A stretch of DNA of 64,000 nucleotides from an uncultured Candidatus Rokubacteria bacterium (GTDB lineage: Bacteria > Methylomirabilota > Methylomirabilia > Rokubacteriales > DASRDR01): contig CAVPSB010000049.1 of the NCBI GenBank assembly GCA_963708025.1, positions 96,001 to 160,000 of the forward strand. Direction: 5' to 3'. Positions 21,395 to 30,015 of the stretch are shown here, one piece after another. The notes below the pieces were generated by a model that had not been told where the DNA came from, ran no database searches, and saw nothing but the letters and a program-made list of their open reading frames with translations. The translations under genes were made by a program, and so were the position numbers. Each line of letters starts with the position of its first letter. Position 1 is the first letter of the stretch.

Positions 21395-22375
21395 CTACTT
21401 GAGGAGCCCGCCCTTCGTCATCAACTCCCGGTGGAGCCCCTCGGCCCCTTCCAGCCACTGCACGAACTCCGGCCCCGTCTGCCAGGACGGCTTCAGCGCG
21501 CCCTGCTCGAGGTAGTCCTTGAACTCGGGAGTCTCGTAGACCTTCTTCAGCAGGCCCTGATAGAACGCCACCGCGTCGGGCGGCATCTTCGGGGCCCCGA
21601 AGATCCCGCGCAGCATCAGGTACTCGATGTTGGCCCCGAGCGCCTCCTTGACCGTCGGGACGTCACCCCATCCCTTGGCCGACAGCCGGTCGCCGTCGAA
21701 CACTGCCAGCGGCCGGACGCGATTCGCCTTCCAGTGTCCGGCGCACTCGATGGGGTTGTTCACCGTCGAATCGATGTGCTTCCCCACCAGGTTCGCGCAG
21801 ACCTCCCCGCCACCCTTGAAGGGGACGTAGATGAACTTGAGCCCGAGGGCCTGCTCGAGCTGGATCGTGATGATCTGGTCTTCCTGGGCGGTGCCGGTCC
21901 CCCCCATCTTGAACGTGCTGGCCTTGGCCTTCACCGCGTCAACGTACTCCTTGGCCGTCTTGTAGGGCGTCTCGGCGTTCACCCACAGGATGAACTCGTC
22001 CAGCGCGAGCCGGGCCACCGGGGTCAGGTCCTTCCAGTTGAACGGCACCCCGGTGTGGAGGGGCGTCGTGAAGAGGTTGGAGAGCGTGATGATGATGGTG
22101 TGGGCATCGCCCTCCTTGGCCTTGACGTGGATGAACCCTTCGGCTCCGGCGCCGCCCGGCTTGTTGACGACGATGAGCGGCCGCGGCGAGAGCTTGTACT
22201 TGTCGACGAGCGGCGCGATGATCCGCGCCATCTGGTCGGCGCCGCCGCCGGTGCCCGCCGGCACGATGAACTCGACCGGCTTCGTGGGCTCCCAAGCCAG
22301 GGCCGAGCCTCCGGCGACCGTGAGCCCGACACAGACGAGGAGCGCGATCCCGAGACAGAGCGCCACGTTGCGCAT
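21395..22375 (-). CDS. tctC: Tripartite tricarboxylate transporter substrate-binding protein (Bug family)
   Basis: Signal peptide; PAGTGGGADQMAR, NKPGGAG and VPFKGGG. Confidence 0.93.
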   Translation of the reverse strand: MRNVALCLGIALLVCVGLTVAGGSALAWEPTKPVEFIVPAGTGGGADQMARIIAPLVDKYKLSPRPLIVVNKPGGAGAEGFIHVKAKEGDAHTIIITLSNLFTTPLHTGVPFNWKDLTPVARLALDEFILWVNAETPYKTAKEYVDAVKAKASTFKMGGTGTAQEDQIITIQLEQALGLKFIYVPFKGGGEVCANLVGKHIDSTVNNPIECAGHWKANRVRPLAVFDGDRLSAKGWGDVPTVKEALGANIEYLMLRGIFGAPKMPPDAVAFYQGLLKKVYETPEFKDYLEQGALKPSWQTGPEFVQWLEGAEGLHRELMTKGGLLK

Positions 22376-22470
22376 CGCGACACCTCCCGCGGTTGGCGCG
22401 GTTGGAGAGTGGAGGAAGGGGGAGAGTGTCCCCCTCCCTCGGGTAACCTCGGTCCCGCCGGAAAGTTCCC

Positions 22471-22562
22471 TCAGTTTGGGACCTCCCGCCCACCCCCCCA
22501 GCCCCCCTCCCCCACCCACCGGGGGGAGGGGGGAGCCGGAGGTCCCATTCCTTCACACACTC
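22471..22562 (-). repeat. Repeat family A (about 92 bp, G/C-tract hairpin), copy 1
   Basis: Near-identical to units at 26701, 32621-32905, 50464 and 60946; flanked by TGAG on the minus strand. Confidence 0.9.
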
Positions 22563-23579
22563 TCAGTGCTTGCCCTCGACGTCCTTCCTGAAGGCGACGA
22601 CACCGGGCAGCTCCCACTTGTCCCACATCTCGTCGACCTTCCGCTGGAAGTAGACGAGGTCCTCCTCGATGAAGTGGGCGAAGCGGCCCTGCTTCAGGAG
22701 GTACTCCCGGGCCGGCTTGCGCGGGCGGCCCTCCACGATGGCCTTGGTCTTCCCGTAGTAGCGGACGACGCCGTCCTCCACCTCGTACAGGGGGAAGATG
22801 CCCGTCTCGATGGCCAGCTCGCCCAGCTCGTGGGAGAGCATCGGGTCGTAGTCCCAGCCCTTGGGGCACGGGTCGAGGGAGTGGATGAAGGTCGGGCCGC
22901 CGATGGTCAGCGCCTTGCGGACCTTGTTCATCATCTCGACCGCGTAGGACGCGCACACGGTGGCGACGTAGCGGCACTCCGGATGGCCGGCGGCCAGCAT
23001 GCCGGCCACGTTCTTCTTCCAGCGGGTGTGGATGAGCCGCTTGACCACGCCCGGGGGGCTGAAGGTCGTGTGAGCCCCGTACGGGGTGAGGCCGGACAGC
23101 TGGATGTCGGTGTTGGCGTACGACTCGTTGTCGTAGAGGAGGATCAGCGAGTTGTACTCCTTGTGGGTCAGGGTCGCGGAGATGGCGGCCAGGCCCATGT
23201 CGGCGCCGCCGCCGTCGCCGCAGAAGGCGATGACGTTGATGGGCTCGGTCTTCATCTTACCCTTGGACATGAGGGACTTGAGGCCGGCGGCGGTGCCGAG
23301 GGCCGCCGAGCCGGAGGAGCCGAGCTGCGTGTGCATCCAGGGCACCACCCAGGGGGTGGAGTAGTACGTCGTGTTGGCGACGTACATGCAGCCGGTCGAT
23401 CCCAGCACGATCGTCCGGGGGCCGGCCGCCTTGATCATCAGCTTCATGACCAGGGCCGACTCGCAGCCCTGGCAGGTCCGGTGACCCGAGCTGAAGTACT
23501 CCTCGAGCGTGACCTTCTTGACGCCCTTGAAGGGCTGGAGCACCTGGGTGGCGTTCGTGAACGTGGTTGTCTCGGCCAT
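22563..23579 (-). CDS. 2-oxoacid:ferredoxin oxidoreductase beta subunit, oxalate oxidoreductase-like
   Basis: GHRTCQGC, TGCMYVANT, GDGG TPP motif, YDNESYANT and CPKGW. Confidence 0.92.
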   Translation of the reverse strand: MAETTTFTNATQVLQPFKGVKKVTLEEYFSSGHRTCQGCESALVMKLMIKAAGPRTIVLGSTGCMYVANTTYYSTPWVVPWMHTQLGSSGSAALGTAAGLKSLMSKGKMKTEPINVIAFCGDGGGADMGLAAISATLTHKEYNSLILLYDNESYANTDIQLSGLTPYGAHTTFSPPGVVKRLIHTRWKKNVAGMLAAGHPECRYVATVCASYAVEMMNKVRKALTIGGPTFIHSLDPCPKGWDYDPMLSHELGELAIETGIFPLYEVEDGVVRYYGKTKAIVEGRPRKPAREYLLKQGRFAHFIEEDLVYFQRKVDEMWDKWELPGVVAFRKDVEGKH

Positions 23580-23597
23580 CGCTGGTCTCCTTGTCCC

Positions 23598-24833
23598 CTA
23601 CTCGCGCACCCCGAGCCAGTGGGTCGGCTGGGCCGCCCGGCCGGCGTCGGCCGCCTTGAAACAGATGTCGGTCGCCTTGTACACGTCGTTCAGGGTGACT
23701 TCGCGGCCGCCCAGCCCGCAGATGAAGCCGATGAGCGGGGGTCGATGCTCGGCGTTGTAGAGCGTGGCCCGGACTTCGGTCGCGACGACCCCGGAGCCGA
23801 ACGGGGACCCGAACGAGTAGTCGCGGTCGATGACCCCGATCGCCTTCGCCTTGGCGAGCGCATGCGCGAGCTGACGATACGGGAACGGCCGGAACCAGCG
23901 GAGTCGGATCAGCCCGACCTTCTTGCCGTCGGCCCGCATCTTCCGGATCGCGACCTTGACGGGGAGGGACAGCGTCCCCATGCCGATGAGGATCACCTCG
24001 GCATCCTCCGTCATGTACTCCTCGAACCACGGATTCTCGGGCCCGCGGCCGAAGACGCGGCGGAAGTCGGCGTAGGCCTCCTCGATCACCGTGTAGGCGC
24101 GCTCGGTGGCCGCGTTGTTCTGCCGGCGGATCTCGATGACCCAGTCCTCGTTGACCTGGGGCGCCACCGTGATCGGGTTGTCGGGGTGGAGCTGGAGGTC
24201 GCCGCGGTTGTAGGCGGGCAGGAACTGGTCCACCCATTCCCGGGGTGGCACACGGGTCAGCGCCTGGGAGTGGGTGAGGAAGGCGCCGTCGGCCGAGATG
24301 GCGATGGGCAGGAAGACCCGCCGGTCCTCGGCCACCCGGTAGGCGATCAGGGTCGTGTCGAAGGCCTCCTGCGAGGTGTCGATCCAGCAGAGCAGCCACC
24401 CGAGGTCCCGGACGAACAGGGCGTCGTTGTGCTCCACGCCGAAGGCCCCGGGGTCGTCGAGGGCGCGGTTGCCGACAAGGGCCACCATCGGGATCCGCAG
24501 CGCCGGCGTCACCACCAGGCACTCCATCGCGTAGGCCCAGCCGACCCCGGAAGACCCGCAGAACACGCGAGCCCCGACGGCGGAGGCATGCTTGACGATC
24601 TCGAACTGGCTGTGCTCGCCCTCGGCGACGATGTACTCGGCCGTGAGCTTGCCGTTGGCGATCTTCTTGGCGATCGCCTGCATGACGGTGTCGTAAGGCC
24701 GGATCGGGTAGGCGGTGACGACGTCGATGTCGGCGAGCGTCAAGGCCTCGGCTACGGCCTCGCTGCCGGAGATCAGCATCTCCTTCTCTTCCAGGACCGC
24801 GGCGCCGGGCGCCGGGGTGGTCACGACTGCCAT
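23598..24833 (-). CDS. 2-oxoacid:ferredoxin oxidoreductase alpha subunit with YPIRP motif (OOR-like)
   Basis: AYPIRPY, EGEHS, GSSGVG, NRALDDPGAFGVEH and GLGGRE; RBS GGAGG before ATG 24833. Confidence 0.92.
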   Translation of the reverse strand: MAVVTTPAPGAAVLEEKEMLISGSEAVAEALTLADIDVVTAYPIRPYDTVMQAIAKKIANGKLTAEYIVAEGEHSQFEIVKHASAVGARVFCGSSGVGWAYAMECLVVTPALRIPMVALVGNRALDDPGAFGVEHNDALFVRDLGWLLCWIDTSQEAFDTTLIAYRVAEDRRVFLPIAISADGAFLTHSQALTRVPPREWVDQFLPAYNRGDLQLHPDNPITVAPQVNEDWVIEIRRQNNAATERAYTVIEEAYADFRRVFGRGPENPWFEEYMTEDAEVILIGMGTLSLPVKVAIRKMRADGKKVGLIRLRWFRPFPYRQLAHALAKAKAIGVIDRDYSFGSPFGSGVVATEVRATLYNAEHRPPLIGFICGLGGREVTLNDVYKATDICFKAADAGRAAQPTHWLGVRE

Positions 24834-24858
24834 CTGGATTCCTCCTCGGTCTGGCGAG

Positions 24859-26139
24859 CTATGCGCCCGGGGCTTCCGCGACGCCCGTGATGATCGACGT
24901 GGACGACTGGTGCATGTGGACCCCGGGCGGCAGCCCCTTCTCCGCCGCGTTCTCGCCCGGAATGCCCTCGGTGACCGGGAGGCCGCCCAGCTCCAGCGGG
25001 CCGCCCGCCAGCTCCTCCTCGTACTGTCCGCGGTACCGGAAGCCGTGAGAGCGGATGGTGTGGACCTTGTCCCGGCTCTTCTCCTGGAGCCAGACCCGGT
25101 AGGCATCCTTGTCCTTCCGCCACATCTCCCACTGGCTCGCGTTGTCCTCGAAGACCGCCTCGTTCACCATCGTGATGCAGTTGTGCACCGGGCAGACCGC
25201 CTCGCAGACGCCGCACCCGCAGCAGGACTCCATGTTGGCGTCGTAGAGCCCGTCGGGCATCACGTCGAAGCAGCTGTCCGGGCACTGGAGCCAGCAGAGC
25301 GTGCATTTCACGCAGGTCTCGAAGTCGATGACCGGCCGCATCGTGCGGCTGGAGAACTTCTTGAAAACCTGGCTCCGCTCCGGCCGGTACCCCTTGCCGC
25401 CCTCGATCGGCTTCCCGATCGGCAGCGACGGGATGGACACGCCCTCGCGCATCTCCCACCAGCGCGGCAGCTCGAAGGAGTAGGGGGTCTCTGGATTGCC
25501 CTCGGTGACCGGAACCGGCCGGCCCTCGATCCGCTCGTAGGCCTTGCTGGCGGATTCCACCTTCAGCTCGGACCCCCACTCGGCCTCCCGGATCGCCTGG
25601 CCCACCGCCTCGACGCTGAGGAACTGCGGGGCGATCTTCGCCAGGGCCCCCAGGAGCCGGACCTCCGTGTGGTCCTCCTTGTAGACCCACAGACCCGAGA
25701 ATGACGCCTTGCCCTGCAGGATCCACAGGTTGTAGACGGAGTCCTTCTTGTGGATGTCCCGGAGGAGGTCGGCCGGCCGCTGGGTCGAGATCACCAGCAG
25801 GTGGCCATTCGGGTGGAGCAGGCGGTTGATCGGCTGGAGGCCATACCAGGCCCAGGATTCCACCCCCTTGGCCAGGGTGTCGTCCACGCAGATGGTGACG
25901 TGGAGCTCCTTGGGCTCGTAGCGGGCCATGTGCTGCTCGAGCTCTTCCTTGGTATCGGCGACGATGGCGAAGTCCTTGGCCGGGACGCCGTTGCGCTGCG
26001 GGCTGTCCCCGTAGCGGCCGAAGGCGATGCCCCACCGCCCCGCCTTCCGGGCCGAGAGGACGATCCCCCGGGTGATGCGGGCCGCCAGGTTCTTCTGGAA
26101 GATCCCGCGGTAGACCACCTCACAGATCAAGTGCGCCAT
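24859..26139 (-). CDS. 2-oxoacid:ferredoxin oxidoreductase fused gamma/ferredoxin (delta) subunit
   Basis: N-terminal gamma-like domain; CVKCTLCWLQCP and CCGCGVCEAVCP 2x[4Fe-4S] motifs. Confidence 0.9.
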   Translation of the reverse strand: MAHLICEVVYRGIFQKNLAARITRGIVLSARKAGRWGIAFGRYGDSPQRNGVPAKDFAIVADTKEELEQHMARYEPKELHVTICVDDTLAKGVESWAWYGLQPINRLLHPNGHLLVISTQRPADLLRDIHKKDSVYNLWILQGKASFSGLWVYKEDHTEVRLLGALAKIAPQFLSVEAVGQAIREAEWGSELKVESASKAYERIEGRPVPVTEGNPETPYSFELPRWWEMREGVSIPSLPIGKPIEGGKGYRPERSQVFKKFSSRTMRPVIDFETCVKCTLCWLQCPDSCFDVMPDGLYDANMESCCGCGVCEAVCPVHNCITMVNEAVFEDNASQWEMWRKDKDAYRVWLQEKSRDKVHTIRSHGFRYRGQYEEELAGGPLELGGLPVTEGIPGENAAEKGLPPGVHMHQSSTSIITGVAEAPGA

Positions 26140-26202
26140 TCCGGGCCTCCTACCTCACCTCACCGGGACAGATTGCGAGCGCAGACCTCCGTCGAGGTAT
26201 GC

Positions 26203-26239
26203 TGGTCAGACCATAGGACAGCCCCGCCGATCCTGTCAA
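26203..26239 (-). promoter_or_regulatory. Sigma70-type promoter with overlapping FadR-type palindromic operator
   Basis: Minus-strand TTGACA (26234-26239), 18-bp spacer, TATGGT (26210-26215); palindrome TGGTCAGACCA at 26203-26213. Confidence 0.72.
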
Positions 26240-26273
26240 GACCGACTTTGTCGGGCTCAATCCGGCCGCGGGG

Positions 26274-26672
26274 TTACCCCATCACGGCGACACGCTCCGG
26301 CTGGATCTTGTAGATCACCCGCACCTCGCCGGGGCGCCGGTACGGATACCGGTCCTGTCCGAGGTACTTCTTGGCCAGCGCGTCGATGTGGTCGTCGGCC
26401 CCCTGCTCGGTCATCTCCACCACGCGCCCTCGCACCGCGAGGTGCCGGTAGGGGTTGTCGGGGTCGAGGATCGCCAGCGCGACCTTCGGTGTCCGCCGCA
26501 TGTTGCGGTCCTTCACGCGGCCCTTCGCCGAGTTGATCCGGATGTGACTGCCGTCCCAGTCGAACCAGACCGGGGTCACCTGGGGGCTCCCGTCCGGCAT
26601 GACGGTGGCGAGGTTCGCGAAGGCCTTCTTCTGGAAGAGGTCCTTGAAGTTGTCTGGTACCGAGGCTGCCAT
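26274..26672 (-). CDS. PPOX-class (putative F420-dependent) oxidoreductase
   Basis: LATVMPDGSPQVTPVW, KDRNMRRTPKVAL and YLGQDRYP. Confidence 0.88.
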   Translation of the reverse strand: MAASVPDNFKDLFQKKAFANLATVMPDGSPQVTPVWFDWDGSHIRINSAKGRVKDRNMRRTPKVALAILDPDNPYRHLAVRGRVVEMTEQGADDHIDALAKKYLGQDRYPYRRPGEVRVIYKIQPERVAVMG

Positions 26673-26700
26673 CCATCCTCCTCTGGTTGTTCTCTGCTTG

Positions 26701-26798
26701 TTCGGGACGATCGAGACCTCCCGCCCACCCCCCCAGCCCCCCTCCCCCACCCACCGGGGGGGAGGGGGAGCCGGAGGACTCCATTCCTTGACACACGC
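26701..26798 (-). repeat. Repeat family A, copy 2
   Basis: Same core as 22471-22562; abuts the stop codon at 26799. Confidence 0.88.
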
Positions 26799-27995
26799 TC
26801 AGTCTCCGGTGGCGCCGAGTGCGCTCTCGAGGGCTTCGCGCAGATCCTCTACATCTTCGATCCCCACCGACATCCGCACAAGCCCCGGGTCGATCCCGAG
26901 CTTGGCCTGCTCCTCGGCTGAGAGCGGGCGGTGGGAGGTCCGGCTCGGATAGCTCCAGGTCGTCGTCACATCCCCGAAGCTCGGCGCGAACTCGATGAGG
27001 CGAAGCGCTCGGAAGAAGCGCTCCACGGCCGGGGCGCCGCCCCGCAACTCGAAGGCCAGCATCCCGCCGAAGCCGGCCGGGAACAGCTTGGCGGCCAGGG
27101 CGTGCTGGGGATGCGTGGGGAGGCCCGGGTAGTGGACGCGGCGAACCTCGTCACGGCCGGCCAGGAATCGCGCCAGGGCGAGCGCGTTGGCGGAGTGCCG
27201 CTCCATCCGGAGGGCGAGCGTGCGCACGCCGCGGAGCGTGAGCCAGGCATCGAACGGGCCCAGGTTGAGCCCGATTCGAACCGCCTGGGCCCGGGCGCCG
27301 GCGATCAGTGGCGCCGATCCGGCCAGCACCCCGGCGGTGACGTCGCCGTGCCCGCTCAGGTACTTGGTCGCGCTGTGGTGCACCACCGCGGCGCCGTGCT
27401 CGATCGGTCGCAGGAGTGCTGGCGTGGAGAAAGTCGCGTCGACGAGGAGGTGGAGGCCCCGGCGGCGCGCCACCTCGGCCAGCCCCGGGAGATCGGCCAG
27501 TCGGAGCAGCGGGTTCGACACGGCCTCGACGAAGATCGCCCGCGTCGCCGGCGTCAGGGCCGCCTCCACGGCCGCCGCCTCCGAGCCGTCCGTGAACGAG
27601 ACCGCGATGCCCCAGCGGGGCGCCTGCTCGCGAAGGAGGGCCGTCGTCGAGCCGTAGAGGTCCCGCCCGGCCACCAGATGGTCGCCCGGCCCGAGCGTGG
27701 CCAGCAGCATCGCCGTCAGCGCGCCCATGCCGGACGCGGTCACCAGGGCGGCCTCGGCCTCCTCCAGCCCGGCCAGCGTCGCCTCCAGCATGGTGTGGTT
27801 CGGGGTGCCGAATCGCCCGTAGACGTAGCCGGGGCGCTGGCCTTCCCAGACCGCCTCCACCTCCGGGAGATTCTCGAACGTGTAGACGTTGGCGAGGTAG
27901 ATCGGCGGGGACAGCGGCCGCGATACCGACGCGGGGATGGGAACCGCCCGGGCGGCCCGCGTCGCGAAGCGCGCCCCTGACTTTTCCTTGGACAT
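26799..27995 (-). CDS. Cys/Met metabolism PLP-dependent enzyme (cystathionine gamma-synthase/lyase family)
   Basis: YGRFGTP, ASGMGA, HSATKYLSGHGD PLP-lysine and SVGIED. Confidence 0.92.
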   Translation of the reverse strand: MSKEKSGARFATRAARAVPIPASVSRPLSPPIYLANVYTFENLPEVEAVWEGQRPGYVYGRFGTPNHTMLEATLAGLEEAEAALVTASGMGALTAMLLATLGPGDHLVAGRDLYGSTTALLREQAPRWGIAVSFTDGSEAAAVEAALTPATRAIFVEAVSNPLLRLADLPGLAEVARRRGLHLLVDATFSTPALLRPIEHGAAVVHHSATKYLSGHGDVTAGVLAGSAPLIAGARAQAVRIGLNLGPFDAWLTLRGVRTLALRMERHSANALALARFLAGRDEVRRVHYPGLPTHPQHALAAKLFPAGFGGMLAFELRGGAPAVERFFRALRLIEFAPSFGDVTTTWSYPSRTSHRPLSAEEQAKLGIDPGLVRMSVGIEDVEDLREALESALGATGD

Positions 27996-28022
27996 GAGTC
28001 TCTCCTTCGTGTCGCGATCGGT

Positions 28023-28188
28023 CACAGCCACTCAGTCGGGCCGGGGGGGAGCTACGCGCTCCTCCACCTCGCCGCGGCGCCTCGGTCCTGCGGCCCTCGG
28101 TGCGCCGCGTCCCTCCGGACGCCCCGGGCCCCCCCTCCGGGTTGCCCAATGCTCGGGCATCCCCGGCGATTCCCCCACAGCCACTCAG
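28023..28188. repeat. 140-bp hairpin-rich insert flanked by 13-bp direct repeats
   Basis: CACAGCCACTCAG at 28023-28035 and 28176-28188. Confidence 0.7.
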
Positions 28189-29813
28189 ACCAGTGGCAGC
28201 GCGGGTCGCGTGGCCGCCGGGGCCCGCCGCCGCCGACGGAGGGCCTCCCGCACGACCTCGCCGAGCCGCCGCACCCCTTCCTCGATCCGTGCCGCCGGCA
28301 GGGCGGCGAAGGACAGCCGCAGGGCGCGGCCGCCCTGGCCGGCGACGTAGAAGTACTGGCCGGGCAGGTACACTACGCCTCGGTCGACGGCGCGCGGCAG
28401 GAGTGCCCGGGCTTCCAGCCCCTCGGGCAAAGTGACCAGGAGCGAGAACGCGCTCTCGTCCGGCGTCGTCCACGCCACCCCGGCCGGCATGTGTCGCTCG
28501 AGCGCGGCCAGGAGCGCGACGCGCCGGCGCGCGTACTCGGCGCGGACGGTCCGCGCGTGACGCTCCAGGCGCCGCCGCTCGCTGAACTCGACGATTGCCG
28601 CCTGGAGGAGCGCGCCCGTCGAGAGATCGGCGAGCTGCTTGGTGGCGGCGAGCGGCTCGACCAGTGCGCGGGGCACCACCATCCAGCCCAGACGCAGCCC
28701 GGGAAACAGGATCTTGGAAAAGGTGCCGAGGTGGATCAGCAGGCCGCGGCGGTCCAGCGCCCGGAGCGGCTGTCGCCCGGCCTCGGCGTCGGCCGGGCCG
28801 CCGAAGCCATCCTCGACGATCGGAAGCCGATGGCGCGCCGCCAGCTCGACGAGCGCGTGGCGCGCCGCCGGATCGAGGGACACCCCGGTCGGGTTCTGGC
28901 CGGTCGGCTGGCAGTAGAGAAGCTTCGGCCGGTGCCGCTCGATGAGCGGCTCGATCAGGTCCACGCGCAGACCCGCGGGGCCGACCGGGACCGGTACGAT
29001 CTCGGCCTGGGCGGCCTCGAACGTCTGGATGGCTCCCGGGTAGGTCGGCTGCTCGAGCAGCACCGGGTCACCAGGATCCAGCAGTACCCGGGCGATGAGG
29101 TCGAGGCCTTGCTGCGATCCGTTCACCACGAGCAGCTCCTCGTCGGACGCCTCGATCCCGTGGCGCAGGAGCCAGGTCGCCAGGTAGCGGCGAAGCGGTG
29201 GGTAGCCGGCGACCGGGTGATATTGCAGCAGCATCCGACCCTCGCGCTGGACGACCCGGTTCAGCGCGCGCCGGAAGGCCTCGGTAGGAAACAGAGTCGG
29301 ATCCGGGCTCGCCCCGACGAATGACACGACGCCCGCGGCGGAGGCCGCCGCCGGGTCGAAGCCGTCGCGCCGCCGCGCCTCGGCGGCGAGCCGCCGCGCG
29401 CCCCGCGAGAGGGCGGCCTCCCAGTCCACGACGGGCCCCGCGGGGGCCCGCGCCGGCTCGGAGGATCGCCCGGCCGCCGCCGGGCGCTCGGCCACGAAGG
29501 TGCCCTGCCCCACGTGGGCTCGGACCCAGCCCTCGGCCACCAGCATGTCGTAGGCCGTGGCCACCGTGGCGCGGTTCAGGTCGAGCGCGCCGGCCAGCTC
29601 GCGGGTTGCCGGGAGCTTGGTTCCCGGATGGAGCACCTGGCCGGCGATGAGCCGCTCGACGTGACGCTTGATCTGGAGGAAGAGCGGAACGTCGCTCGCC
29701 CGGTCGAGCGGAATCTGCAGGAGAGCCTCCCGATGTCGTCGAACGGTCCCGCCGCCGCCACGCTCGCCGGGCAGGACAGGGCCATTAGAGCCCAGCCCTC
29801 CGCTCAGTCGCAA
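28185..29813 (-). CDS. MocR/GabR-family regulator (GntR HTH plus PLP aminotransferase domain); start uncertain
   Basis: KLPATRELA...NRATVATAY HTH; NGSQQGL, QNPTG and TFSKILFPGLRLG. Confidence 0.92.
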   Translation of the reverse strand: MRLSGGLGSNGPVLPGERGGGGTVRRHREALLQIPLDRASDVPLFLQIKRHVERLIAGQVLHPGTKLPATRELAGALDLNRATVATAYDMLVAEGWVRAHVGQGTFVAERPAAAGRSSEPARAPAGPVVDWEAALSRGARRLAAEARRRDGFDPAAASAAGVVSFVGASPDPTLFPTEAFRRALNRVVQREGRMLLQYHPVAGYPPLRRYLATWLLRHGIEASDEELLVVNGSQQGLDLIARVLLDPGDPVLLEQPTYPGAIQTFEAAQAEIVPVPVGPAGLRVDLIEPLIERHRPKLLYCQPTGQNPTGVSLDPAARHALVELAARHRLPIVEDGFGGPADAEAGRQPLRALDRRGLLIHLGTFSKILFPGLRLGWMVVPRALVEPLAATKQLADLSTGALLQAAIVEFSERRRLERHARTVRAEYARRRVALLAALERHMPAGVAWTTPDESAFSLLVTLPEGLEARALLPRAVDRGVVYLPGQYFYVAGQGGRALRLSFAALPAARIEEGVRRLGEVVREALRRRRRAPAATRPALPLV

Positions 29814-30015
29814 GGGCCCACGTCTCGGGGCGAAAAAAGGTGGGCTGCGGGGCCCCCCGGTAGTAGAGTGATGGGCGGCCGGAACGCTGCAGGGTTAGCC
29901 TGGCTTCAATCAATCTCAGAGTCGTTCGGAGGGCATCGGTGCTATCTCTGCGCGGTTCAAGATGTTCTGACTTGATTGACGCGGGGCGCCACCGACCTGG
30001 TGGACGACGGGTTCC

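Noticed and set aside
22376-22519. Gly-rich N-terminal extensions (MGGGGGLGGWAGG...) on TctC, PPOX and CoA-transferase ORFs
   Set aside because: They are translations of repeat family A; downstream ATG starts fit the protein families better.
21990-24890. Long antisense or alternate-frame ORFs (e.g. 21990-24890, 11707-14301, 57181-59745, 808-2235)
   Set aside because: They shadow well-supported genes, have no recognisable motifs, and are expected in high-GC DNA with few stop codons.
28036-28175. SAM riboswitch upstream of the Cys/Met lyase
   Set aside because: GGCAACC and GGAGGGAC fragments occur in the wrong order for SAM-I, and the ATC..GAG/GAT P1 core is absent.
29839-30015. 6S RNA or SRP RNA call
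   Set aside because: No SRP GGAA-loop motif and no symmetric central bubble could be established by eye; kept only as an unassigned structured candidate.
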